Assembly (NCBI RefSeq): GCF_006345805.1 | Contig: NW_021829927.1 | Location: forward strand, 1 to 34,889 | DNA from: Octopus sinensis | Taxonomy: Eukaryota | Length of the DNA: 34,889 nucleotides | Direction: 5' to 3' | Shown here: positions 1 through 11,989 of the stretch, piece by piece | How the letters are laid out: every line of letters begins with the position of its first letter | How positions within the stretch are numbered: position 1 is the first letter of the stretch | Notes under the pieces: generated by a model | Database searches by the model: none | Told to the model about the DNA's origin: nothing | The model's input: the letters and a program-made list of their open reading frames with translations, nothing else | Position numbers and translations under genes: made by a program

Positions 1-147
1 CGTTCTAAGATCAAATTCCCCCGGGGTCGACTTTGCCTTTCATCCTTTCGAGGCCGATAATTTAAATAATGTTGCCTACTGGGTCGCTCTAATCGATTGG
101 TCCCCTACCCCAACATTTCGAGCCTTGTGCTTGGATTAGAAAAGAAT
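1..147 (+). mobile_element. tRNA-derived SINE family A, cut by the window edge
   Basis: Contains GTCGACTTTGCCTTTCATCCTTTCGAGGCCGATAA and the tail GCCTTGTGC...AGAAAAG, matching the reverse complement of copies at 8461-9024. Confidence 0.85.
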
Positions 148-458
148 ATATTAGGGCAGTTTCAAGGAAGGAAACTGTTTTTATGGTGGCGTACTTCTAT
201 TTCTCTGAATTTCAGAGAATAGCACATAAACTATGTAGCACATGCTTCACACTTCCATACAAGCAAATTAAGGGCGAGTATCGTAAGCAGAGTTCAGACG
301 AACAGGTTCATAGATGAATTGCTTATTGAGACTTACATTACTTTTCCCACTAAACCATTAAGCCCTATATACTGATGAGTGTATGCATGTGTGTGAGATA
401 AATCCGTTGTAGGCAAGCATTGTATGCCTACGTACAGATGCATATACGCGGATCCATA

Positions 459-730
<272 letters not shown>

Positions 731-860
731 ATACTTGCGATTGATCTTGTTTCTGTGTGAACATGAAGGAATATAAGTCTATAATTCTATGTATTTTTAA
801 TTAGCATCTTCATAAAGCAGCCTGCTGTATATTCTTCAATTTAGATTGTTTCATATGCAG

Positions 861-980
861 GAAAGCAACACAAGAACAAGAAAACTCGCTGGAAGTAATG
901 TAAGTAGAGTCTCAGATACAGGAATTAATTTCCGGTTTACTGCAAATGACTTCCTGTCGAATCTATACGAGTCTGTACGG
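861..980 (+). CDS. Candidate internal exon, phase 0-0: ESNTRTRKLAGSNVSRVSDTGINFRFTANDFLSNLYESVR; product unknown
   Basis: Acceptor tttcatatgcag|G at 860, donor CGG|gtaaat at 981, 120 nt open frame. Alternative donor AAT|gtaagt at 900. No homology recognised. Confidence 0.25.
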
Positions 981-1364
981 GTAAATGTATAACGATATTG
1001 TTTCTGCAAAACCTGCAGCCTGACTGTAGTGTTCTGCTGTGACATATTATTTTTCACAACGCACAAAGAAATGAAATACTTCAAGTGTTCTGAAATAAAA
1101 GATTCTTTATTTTTTTTCTCATCTAAATTCTTCTTTAGTTTTTTGTTATTTTTTTCAATATTATTTAATATAATAACCACGCATTCACTCAAAACATGTG
1201 CAGACGCACGTTTCTGCAAATACGTCTACATAGAATGCGATATAGGTGTTTATGCACATACATGCATGCAGAGATATATACATACATACAGGCATATACA
1301 TATATACATATACACACACTGATAACGTATATGCATATATGCGTATATATATTCTCTTATACAT

Positions 1365-1660
1365 ACACGCACCTTTGTGTTGGGGGCTCCTTCGTGTTAG
1401 GGATCATCTTGACCTTGTTATCTCCCCTAATTTCCCCTTTCCGTCTGACCATTCTGTACGAGTCAGACGCCATCATAGATCGTTAGCTACTACACACATT
1501 TTTTTCTTTCCTTGTTTTTTCTGTGTACCTTTCTGTAGAAGAGCGTAGGTTCGAAACGTAAAGTACTTTTTCTATTTCTGAGCGCTATATTAATACATAT
1601 GTTTGTTTTGTACACCACCTGCCTTCGTCTTTTGTTTATTTTCGTAACTTTTCCTTTATA
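1365..1660 (+). mobile_element. Penelope-like pseudo-LTR-derived repeat with degenerate hammerhead motif
   Basis: GAAGAGCGTAGGTTCGAAACGT motif at 1538-1559, 8-bp hairpin CGTCTGAC/GTCAGACG (1442-1449/1462-1469), pyrimidine-rich tail running into (TA)n. Class inferred from the motif. Confidence 0.55.
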
Positions 1661-1852
1661 TATATATCATAAGATATATATCTATATATATATATATATA
1701 TAAGATATAAATATATATATAATACATACATATATATACATACATGCATATATATATATATATATATATATATTACATACATATATATACATACATGCAT
1801 ATATATATATATATATATAATTATATATCGATAGATAATATATATATATAAT

Positions 1853-1894
<42 letters not shown>

Positions 1895-1899
1895 TTATA
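1657..1899. repeat. (TA)n/(TACA)n microsatellite
   Basis: Read directly. Confidence 0.97.
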
Positions 1900-2411
1900 T
1901 AGACCAGACACACATAATGAAATGAGAATAGCAAGCAAACATACGGTATCATTTTAGCGCCTTTACTTTACATTTAAAATTTAAACAAAGCGCAAACCTG
2001 TTACAGTAAATAGGTAAATATTCTTACAGCTGCTTCTAAAATACCAAAGCTTGTGGAGCCTGTGTTATTGAGCAATTTATCAACGTCAGCTACGTATTCC
2101 ACCTTAACCAAGTTCGTTAGTATTTACCAGTGTGTTGAATAATTAATGATTGTTGTAAGTAGAAATACAAATATATATTTTGGTAGCTAATGAAGTCTTT
2201 ACAAAAGGATAAAATACTTTTGTAGTTGTATTGATGAAGTATGCAGGAAGATTATAATAATTAGTGGTTGCGTCATTGAAAAGAAAGAACAGAATTTCTG
2301 TTTCTGGAAACTGCAATATGATTGAAGGATGAAAATATATGGGGTTTAAAGTAAAGTGTTGGCTGACCTGGTATAAAGGATAATAGGATGTATCTACACA
2401 CAGGTCAGAGG

Positions 2412-2499
2412 TATATATATACATATATACAATATAATTATATATATATAATATATATTAATATATTATATATATATTATATAATATATACATATATAC

Positions 2500-2531
<32 letters not shown>

Positions 2532-2555
2532 CATATACATATATATATATTATAT

Positions 2556-2587
<32 letters not shown>

Positions 2588-2607
2588 ATATATATATATT
2601 TTATGTA

Positions 2608-2697
<90 letters not shown>
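2412..2697. repeat. (TA)n microsatellite with (GT)n insert
   Basis: Read directly. Confidence 0.97.
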
Positions 2698-2698
<1 letters not shown>

Positions 2699-2829
2699 GT
2701 ACAGAGAGTGTGAGAAGGAGTCAGTGAGAGAGAGCATGGCATGTAATGAAAAATGCAGATGCATGAAGAGAAGAATTTTATTGCAATTTGGACAGTCAGT
2801 GGGACTTAGAATTATTGGGTATTTAGAGG

Positions 2830-3000
2830 GTGGTGTGCTAGCGTTGATAGTAACCGAAGAAACCACTAAGATTATTCGGCGCACACTCATGGCAGACAAT
2901 CGCGTAAGAGGTTTCGATTTGTAAATACGGAAACGTCCAGGGTTTCCTGTTTTATTGGCGGACTTGTGCAAAAGGAGAGTGACAGCGAGAGAATTAAGTC
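2830..3000. promoter_or_regulatory. CpG-enriched unique island, possible promoter or first exon
   Basis: About a dozen CpGs in about 170 bp against a CpG-poor background; ETS-like CGGAA (2928) and TTCCTG; ATTGG (CCAAT on minus) at 2954. Function is inference. Confidence 0.2.
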
Positions 3001-3744
3001 GAATACATTTCCACTAAGATAAGTTAAGTGAAGCCATCCACGATAATCCTGTCAGCAGGATGTATGTATGTATGTATGTTCATAAATATGAATAGATTAC
3101 ATCGGGTGCTGCAGTATGTAATATTTCTCTATACGATGAGAAAATATAACTAAAGTCAATGACCTGTTATGGTCGGGATTTATGACCAAAATGAGTGAAG
3201 AAATATATATATATATGTATGTATATGTCAACCATATTTTTTTTAATGTCTCTGTGTAGTAATGAGTATGAATGGATTTTTATAAACGCATATATATGGA
3301 TATGTCTGTGTGTGCATATGAAACGGAAAAGGTGGGCAGGGGATATCAATTACAGAACAGAAGCGAATATAGATATGCAATTTGAGAACTTTATTTTACT
3401 TTGCAAAATAGTTATCTATATTTTATTAAAAGAGGGTAACCATCATTCCAAACAAATATATATTTTGCATTCATATATTATTAACCTATTTAAAATATGA
3501 AAACCCTTCATATAGATGTCGTATCAGATACAATAAATGAATAGTATAAAACCACAAAATATACCATGTAACCAATGTTTTTTATAGTGTAGATTAGCTG
3601 GTCCTGCATTAGAACTCTTATCCCTAGAGGCATCTATACATGTGTGTATGCGCGCGTGTTGTGCGTGTGTGTCTATGTGTGTGTACATATCTATATAAAT
3701 ATTTTTCTGTGTATATATCTATCTATAGGCATACACGTCTCTAT

Positions 3745-3990
3745 ATATATATATACAATATATTATATACATATATATATATTATACTATATATATATAT
3801 AAATATACATATATATACACACACACACATATAATATATATATATATAAATATATAATATATATATATATTATATAATATATATACACATATATATAATA
3901 CGTACACACACACATATATATATATACATACATATGTACATATATATATACATCGATATATACATACACACGCATAAACAATCACACACG
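3745..3990. repeat. (TA)n/(CA)n microsatellite
   Basis: Read directly. Confidence 0.96.
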
Positions 3991-4194
3991 CATGCACACG
4001 CACGGTGAGAGTGTGCGGATGTGTGTGATCTGTGTGTGGTGTCTGTGTTTGAGTACACAATATGGTAATGGGCGAGATATATCAATATTGCATTCATACA
4101 TTCTGAACAAAAAGCTGTTAAAAAAATATGCGCAACCGTCAATATCCGGCAAGTGTTTTTGTCACACACTCACTGACACAAAAGCGAGAGTACA

Positions 4195-4255
4195 TATATA
4201 TCTATTATATATATATGAGTATGTATATATATATATAATATATATATATGTATAT

Positions 4256-4294
<39 letters not shown>

Positions 4295-4328
4295 TTGTGA
4301 GTTTGTGTATATATATATGTTTGTAAGT

Positions 4329-4366
<38 letters not shown>

Positions 4367-4400
4367 GCTTACATACATACAAACGTACATGAGTATGTAT
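4195..4400. repeat. (TA)n/(TATG)n microsatellite
   Basis: Read directly. Confidence 0.95.
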
Positions 4401-5499
4401 GTGTGTGTATGTCTATATGTTTCTGTGCGTGCGCCCCCCTCCCCTACCGTGTATATATATGTATGTCGAACTAGATTGAGTATCTTTAGAAATTCCAAAG
4501 TTGTTTTGAACTATTTTCTCAGTATATTATAATTTACAAATATTAAAACTGACAGACGGACGGACAGACAGACAGACAGACATAGACACACCACACACTC
4601 ACACACACATGTATATATATATATATATATTTGTGTGTGTGTGTGTTTTTAATATTTCTAAATTATAATAAACCAAGAAAATTGTTCAAAGCACATACAC
4701 ACATACTCACACACATGTATATATATATATATGCATGTAGACATTTGACGTACACTTGTATCTATATATATATATATGTGTGTGGTGTGTATATCAATGC
4801 ATTTTATATATAATCATATATTTAATATATAGAGATAGATACATACACATATATATGTCTATGAGTTTATGGCTATATTATTTCGCGTGTAAGTTTTTTT
4901 TTTCTGGATTCATGTGTGGGTATGAAAAAATTTGTGAGTTCTTTGAAATTGTAGATTTAATAGCCTGGAACTGATAATATTGTTAAGGAAACTAGTTGGT
5001 AAGGTAGTAGTAGAAATACATATTTCAATGTACAACACGTGAGGTTAGCAATAATGTACGTTATGTAAGGAATAATTTTGTTCCCCCGTATAAGAGAAAA
5101 TGTGCGTATTTTATGGTGTATATGTACGCAGAATCAATCCTACCCATCACACTCTCATTTGTACATGCACTTGCGCACACACACATATGTTTACACTCAC
5201 AAACACATAACTTTAAATGAGAATGATGGAGAAACAATTTTTTTCGGTTTTTTTTTTTTTACATGAATTCACAATTGGTTCATCTCAGTTTGGTATCATG
5301 GTGTAGCTGTCTTATACAATAGTACAGTAACATATATCTCATCCGACCGTTCACAATCATGTCTAGAAGGTATTTGCTCTGGATATTTGAATTGAGACTA
5401 ACTAGTATGCATATCGAATTCGTTGATGTAAGATACTTATCCTTTTATAGTGGGTAAGCTTGATAGATCCAGGATCAACGTATGAACGGAATATTATGT

Positions 5500-5772
5500 A
5501 TATGTACATATGTCTATATATACAAATGTATATATATGATATATATATATATATATGATGTATATATAGACATATATATATATGTATAGATATATATATA
5601 TATATATATAGAATATATATATATATATATATAGGATATATAGATAATACATGTTTAATATATACATATATGTATATATAAATCTATAATATATGTATAT
5701 TTATATATACATATATATATCTATATATATATATATGTATATACATATATATGTATAAAATATATATATATA
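5500..5772. repeat. Degenerate (TA)n microsatellite
   Basis: Read directly. Confidence 0.96.
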
Positions 5773-5774
5773 AA

Positions 5775-5887
5775 AATACAAAATGGGACAAGAATGCAAA
5801 ATATTCAAATAGACGATACGGAAATTGACGGGTCATTCGAAGCCTCTAATCTTCAGTCAAGAACCGGATCATCCTCGAAATTTCGCA
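5775..5887 (-). mobile_element. Partial copy of the interspersed repeat at 34580-34830 (probably Penelope-like 3' end)
   Basis: AAATGGGACAAGAATGCAAAATATTC...GGGTCATTCGAAGC...AACCGGATCATCCTCG aligns to the reverse complement of about 34715-34825. Confidence 0.75.
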
Positions 5888-6559
5888 AGTTCACTTCGCA
5901 GGAATTTGAACTGAGAGTTCGAGGAATTTGCACGACTGTATGTGGAGGTATGTGTGCATAGTTGTGTGTTTGGGAGTATGAATGGAAGTACGAATGCGTG
6001 TGTTGAGTTTTGTTAGTATTCCATTTGAATGTCATAAGAAATTCCTCTTTATTTGTAATTTAAAAATCCATCACTTACATTTTGCCTCAATTCAATTGCG
6101 TAGGTAGGTTCTAATGATTTTTTTGGTGCATTTATTGCAAGCACGTGTCATTAGTAATTACTCAGGGTAGGCAGTTGCTAACCATTATGTAGTATAACAT
6201 ACAAGAAATAAGTGAATCACAAGTGCTCGACTTCGTTAGCTTTATAACACGTAAAGCAAACAGTGTTGTAGGAATTTATACAGTAAGTTTACTACCGCAG
6301 TCCTATGCGTAGCTTAAATACTGAGATTGAAAGGCAGGGGTGAATTACGCCTACTTAATCTATAAAGAAATAAAATATTCTGCATTGCTTCCATCGTATT
6401 CAGATTAACCTTCATAATGTTATTGAATTAGGTACATATTCTGCCATAGAAGGTAACGTTTCGGCACTACCTACCTTGCCTACCTTAGGGGGACATGTGC
6501 CTGATTTATAGATCATTTTTAGATGGACGGTAGCTATATAACAGTATGTTTAGATGCCG

Positions 6560-6703
6560 TTCTTTCTATAAAAGTATCAAACCAGAAATTGTTGGCTTAG
6601 AGGCAGCTCGATTTACATTAACCCCAGTGATTAAAATAGACATGATTTATCGATCCCAGAATAGATGTAAGGCAAGGCCAATCTCGGCAAAATTTGAAAT
6701 CAG
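6560..6703 (-). mobile_element. Degenerate SINE family A
   Basis: Colinear with 8461-8610: CCCCAGT...TTTATCGATCCC...AGGCAAGGCCAATCTCGGCAAAATTTGAAATCAG. Confidence 0.65.
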
Positions 6704-7269
6704 TACTTAAAGACCCAGAAAGAGTGCCACCTAGCATTTCTTTGTCCTTCGTGCTAAATGTGTGCCACTTCACCGCTTTTGACGTTGAATATGCTATGAG
6801 AGGAACAATAACATTAACACGAATGATTAAACCGGAATATTATAAAGTTTTAAATATTATTCTAACAAAAGCCTCAAAGAATTGTATACTAACAGCATAG
6901 ATGCACCGATTATACATTGATGGGTTAGCAATGAACCGCTAAAGACATCTCTTTACATTGTGAGTCATCTCCGTGCTTTTGGTCTACAACTGTAAACAAA
7001 ATATTAAAATTTACCAATGGCCTCTTCTTCTTGCCCTACCAATTTCAACGACTTTGTTTTCTAAAGCTCAACTATTACGCCATTTACTTTCATCTCATTC
7101 GAAGCAATAACGTTCCCTATACACCAGCATTGCATGACGGTCAATTCATATATTTACTTCCTATCTTTTCAATAATTTGCCATTTGTCCAGTTCAAATAT
7201 TCTCTTGTTCCTTTTACGACATTATTGCATGTTTGGAATTGGGTTGTCATTCCCGTTTGTTATTTATTT

Positions 7270-7360
7270 ACTCTTTTAATGGTTAATGTCATTCGACTGC
7301 AACGTAGTTGGGGAAATGGCATCAAAGGTATATTCGATCAAATCGATCCCGGTACATACA
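7270..7360 (-). mobile_element. Degenerate 3' tail of SINE family B
   Basis: GTCATTCGACTGC...TTCGATCAAATCGATCCC matches 23965-24030. Confidence 0.5.
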
Positions 7361-7583
7361 TTATCGATTTCTATTCATCAAATGGGTATGTTAACTAAAC
7401 ATTTTCTTCTTTCTTTTTTGTGTGTTTGTGTTACATAAAACACTGCAACGCTTTTTACACAGTTAATCATGAACCCACAAATATATATTTACGGATAAAT
7501 GCTTCCATGTACATATTCCATCGAACATTTTTCACATTCAAAGCATTTCTTTACAATATCCTCTTACACGATATTCAACTCAC

Positions 7584-7757
7584 CAATAAATTCCGAGCAG
7601 CGGGATCGAAACCTGAACCAGAAGCGTTGCTGCTAAAGACAACATCGGATTCAAGACGAAACATCAATAAAATAGGCAAGATAGCGCAATATAATTACAA
7701 AGCCTTGGGAACAAATCTATCAGGCTTTCAGGACGACCTCTGACAAAGTAGTTTGAC
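7584..7757 (-). other. Candidate spliced exon (5'UTR plus start, or non-coding)
   Basis: Acceptor aaccattttctttcag|G and donor TTG|gtgagt. All three through-frames are closed, but ATG at 7664 gives MFRLESDVVFSSNASGSGFDPAARNLL ending exactly at the donor in phase 0. Confidence 0.35.
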
Positions 7758-8460
7758 CTGAAAGAAAATGGTTGTGAATCGCTCGAAGCATCGCAATACA
7801 GAAGCAGAATGTGATATGAAAGGAAAACTAAGGAAATCCTGGAACAATACACAACATTTAAAAACATTTATGTTTCAGGCGCAAAGAATCTTCATAACGA
7901 AACAGAGAAATTTGTATTTACACATATCCTGCCCTAATGGATAGTTGGATGGGGCAGTAACCCCATTAGTTGGGTGCTGGTGTTGGTTTTGCTAGTTTTG
8001 TAGTCATGGTTAATTCCGTGGTAGTACTCGGAGAGGGTGTTTTCAACACCGACGTAGTTGGCGATGGTCAAATTGTTTTGCATCGATAGCTTTCCTTATC
8101 TTGTATTTCATTTATTACTCTACTTCGCCTTGATATTTTCATATCCTGGCGTTGGATATAAAGTTTAGAGAAGCAGAGAGAAAAAAAAAAGCTATTCACA
8201 CGACGCACTTCAATTACTGGTACACGCTGTTGAAGCGGGATCTGCCAACGGTTTACTCTGGACGATTTCAATCAATTGCTCCCCGTTCTTCATTTGAGAG
8301 CAATGTATCAGTACACTTATCGTCACAAGGGGGTGGTCGGAATGCGTCCACAGCAGATATACAGGATAATGCAACATAAATGTATTATTAAGAATAAAGA
8401 AATTGAAAATATCAAAAACGATAACTAATTTAATGTGCTAATAAACTTAATGAATTGAAT

Positions 8461-8620
8461 ATTTTTTACTACTCTAGGCACGAGGCACGACATTTTGGGG
8501 AAGGGGGCCGGTCAATTAGATCGACTCCAGAACGCAACTGGTACTTAATTTATCGAACTTGAAAGGATGAAAGACAAAGTCGACCACGGGGGAATATGAA
8601 CTCAGAACATAAAGACAGAC
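8461..8620 (-). mobile_element. SINE family A, copy 1 of a tandem trio (5' truncated)
   Basis: Core TTTATCGAACTTGAAAGGATGAAAGACAAAGTCGACC and tail CTACTCTAGGCACGAGGC. Confidence 0.85.
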
Positions 8621-8628
8621 AGGCTACC

Positions 8629-8805
8629 TATTTCTTTACTACCAACAAAGTGCTAAACACAGAGAGGACAAACAAGGACAGACAAACGATTAAGTCGATT
8701 ATATCTACCCCAGTGTGTAACTGGTACTTATTTAATCGACCCCCAAAGGATGAAAAGCAAATCGACCACGGGGGAATTTGAACTCAGAACATAAAGACAG
8801 ACGAA
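8629..8805 (-). mobile_element. SINE family A, copy 2 of the trio (apparent chimera)
   Basis: Tail nearly identical to copy 3; head fragment nearly identical to copy 1. Confidence 0.85.
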
Positions 8806-9024
8806 CAACAAGGGGCTAAACACAGAGAGGACAAACAAGGACAGACAAACGGATTAAGTCGATTATATCTACCCCAATGCGTAACAGGTGCTTAATTTAT
8901 GGACCCCGAAGGGATGGAAAGCAAAGTCGACCTCGGCGGAATTTGAACTCAGAACGTAGCGGCAGACAAAATAGCACTAGACATTTCGTCCGGCGTGCTA
9001 ACGGCTCTGCCAGCTCGCCGCCTT
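8806..9024 (-). mobile_element. SINE family A, copy 3, with full tRNA-like head
   Basis: Minus strand GGCGGCGAGCTGGCAGAGCCGTTAGC (A-box-like) ... GAGTTCAAATTCC (B-box-like), then the conserved core. Confidence 0.9.
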
Positions 9025-9227
9025 TAATGAATTAATATATGCAAAAGAGGTGGGTAAGTAAAACCAACTACAAAAGTATTATGCCAATACTGATATCAAC
9101 AATAATAACACTGGCAGAATCCGAGTGACGTTAATGATACTGACGGTAAGAAAAATAGAAAAAACGAATCTGTTTAAGCGTAATGAATCAAACGTCGTGT
9201 GAATATATATAAATACTCACACGCGCG

Positions 9228-9229
<2 letters not shown>

Positions 9230-9276
<47 letters not shown>

Positions 9277-9665
9277 ATATATATATATATATTATATATA
9301 TATATATATATAAGGTGAGAGAGAGAGAGAGTGTGTGTGAGATAAATATAGATAGATAGATAGATACATGCAGAAATGTGTAATGATATGTGAATATATA
9401 AGTATACAAACATAAGCACAAAAATAGTTGTGTGAGTGGGTGTGTTTGCGTGCGTGTGTTTGTGTGTGTGCATTCATAAAGTTAACAATTCGGCAAAGTG
9501 ATAGTGACAGAACAATCAATAGGTCGATTTGTTCGACTAAAAACTGGGCTCCAGCATGACCGCAGTCTAGTGACAAACAAATAAAAGAATAAAAGATATC
9601 TATACATATATATAATATATATATACATACACACGCACACATATAGATATATATATATATATATG

Positions 9666-9751
<86 letters not shown>

Positions 9752-9780
9752 TATATACATATATACATATATACACACAC
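9230..9780. repeat. (CA)n, (TA)n, (GA)n, (GATA)n tracts flanking a SINE fragment
   Basis: Read directly. Confidence 0.9.
9489..9595 (+). mobile_element. SINE family B, 3' part
   Basis: GGTCGATTTGTTCGACTAAA...GCTCCAGCATGACCGCAGTC matches 15059-15110. Confidence 0.8.
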
Positions 9781-9912
9781 GATTGTCTTCTTTCAGTTTC
9801 TATCGAGCACATCCAATCGCAAGTCTTTGATAAGTCCATGAGCTATAATATATTGAGAGTTTCCATGGTCCCACGCCGAGGGACTGAACACGAAGATATT
9901 TCGTTTGGAAGG
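9781..9912 (-). mobile_element. SINE family B, degenerate 5' part
   Basis: CTTCTTTCAGTTTC...CCACGCCGAGGGACTGAACACG matches 24199-24305. Confidence 0.7.
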
Positions 9913-10294
9913 GTGTCGTTAGGCGTGCGTCGATTATCGTGATAATTTAATATCATGTACCTAGGATAATGTCTAACCTCACAGAGCAACCCATATATGG
10001 AAATGTATTGTCGTGTGTCATTTGTTAACGTACGATTGCTTCAGACAACAAGATTTATTGGGTCAAGTTACATTTTTTCCCCTTTAAGTGATTAGATACC
10101 AGGCAGACAGCAGGAAAATTGGCAGCTGGATTTCAGGAAATTCTATGATTAAAGCCAAGTAAAACGTCATTGGTTGGCTGCAATGAAAACAAATACGAAA
10201 GGTTAACAAGAAATGTGGTCAATCTTGCAATAAACATTTGAGACTTTTCTTTATTTCATTACCATAAGCAATATAAATATATGCGTGAATGTGA

Positions 10295-10637
10295 TATATA
10301 TATTATATATATATATATATATACCACACACACACCAATGTATACGTATACATATGTATATATCCACACACACACAACAGAAACTTGAATAATAACGTAG
10401 GGAAATTGCTTTTATATAGTATTGTCTCAATATATTTGACCATATGTATACATATATATATATATAATAATTTCTCTAATTTATATATCAAATTTATATA
10501 TATATATATATATATATATCATATAATATATATATATATATGTATGTATAATATGCATATATATTATATTCCTACATATATATATATAGATATAAATGTA
10601 TACACACACACACATATATATATATGTATGTAATATC

Positions 10638-10678
<41 letters not shown>

Positions 10679-10682
10679 TAAT

Positions 10683-10723
<41 letters not shown>

Positions 10724-10750
10724 TATATGCATGTATGTATGTATGTATGT
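10295..10750. repeat. (TA)n/(CA)n/(TATG)n microsatellite cluster
   Basis: Read directly. Confidence 0.93.
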
Positions 10751-11484
10751 ATTTAGAGGATATAAACCGACACATACGCGCGCGCACAAGTATATTTCTT
10801 TTTGATATCAATACAAATGAATTAAATATAAAGATATCTTGTAGCAAGGAATCTATATAATAGATAATGAATTTTTGTTACCAGAGTAACTATACCAAAT
10901 TATATGAAAATTGATATAGGCAAAAAACAAAGAAAACTTACAAGTAGGTTTAAATACTATACCATCATTCTCCCTAACTGGCTTCACTCACTCTTGCGTC
11001 CTCATAATTATATGTGTGTCTTTGTGTGTGTGTGTGTGTGTGCGTATCTGCATGTGTTTGTGTATATATAAACACGTTATCAAAATTACACATATACCTA
11101 CATGCAGACACATACATATACACTCACAACCACACTTACGTAGACATATATGCGTCTGACCTATAAGTAGTTCAGTTGAATGTTTCGCATGCTATTGTGA
11201 ATTAAGTTCGAGTCTAATGAGGTTCACTGTTGCTTTTAACTCTTTGGGGGTCAGCAGAAATTTTGCTGATTTAAAGAGGTGGATTAAGGATATTGTACGA
11301 ACGAGGATCTGTAGGGGAGTGAGTGTTTAATTTCTAGGCTTTACGGGTGTCGCGAAAGACCTGGCTCGAGGCCTCCTCCTCTGAGGTATTTTACACGTCT
11401 TAGAATTACTGAAGAACAGCTTCAATAGGTATGTGAGTCTAGAAGGGGTTGGAACGCGATAGTCGAAGATTCCTGTATGTAATG

Positions 11485-11488
11485 ATAT

Positions 11489-11534
<46 letters not shown>

Positions 11535-11590
11535 TATGTACATGTATGTATGTATGTAGGTATGTATGTATGTATGTATGTTGGTTGTGT
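11485..11590. repeat. (TA)n then (TATG)n
   Basis: Read directly. Confidence 0.95.
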
Positions 11591-11989
11591 GTGTTTACAT
11601 ATATGTATATGAGGCTGAGTAAAAAGAAAGCAACGTTTTTAAACATGAAATTCGTCACAATATATTTCACCAAAAGGGAAGTTTTATTTATCAATGTTAG
11701 TATTTTTTCCAACGCATTTTTGCCACCCTAAAAAGGAGAAATGTATGCGAAATAGGCTGTTTGGGTAAGTTGAATAGCGAAATTACTCGAAAATCGCACA
11801 TTTCAAATGATTGTACCAATAGTGAAAAAAAATTTCTACAAATTCTTTAAAAAAACCCATAAAAAACGAAAACTCATATAGATATTAATATATATATATA
11901 TATTAATATATAGATTATATATTTTTATTTTTATATTATTTCATTGATAATTTTATTATTTTATTATTTTAAATTATTTTATATTTTAA

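Noticed and set aside
372-440. CTGATGA core candidates (also 11409, 13585, 16725, 18954 and minus 24582)
   Set aside because: No closing helix II with GAAA and UH in the correct arrangement.
2363-2408. 8-bp inverted repeat CTGACCTG/CAGGTCAG containing nuclear-receptor half-sites
   Set aside because: The 30-nt spacing is not a standard response element, and such matches are expected by chance in 35 kb.
8461-9024. CRISPR-like repeated units
   Set aside because: The units are diverged SINE copies of 160-220 bp in eukaryotic DNA, with no repeat-spacer pattern or cas genes.
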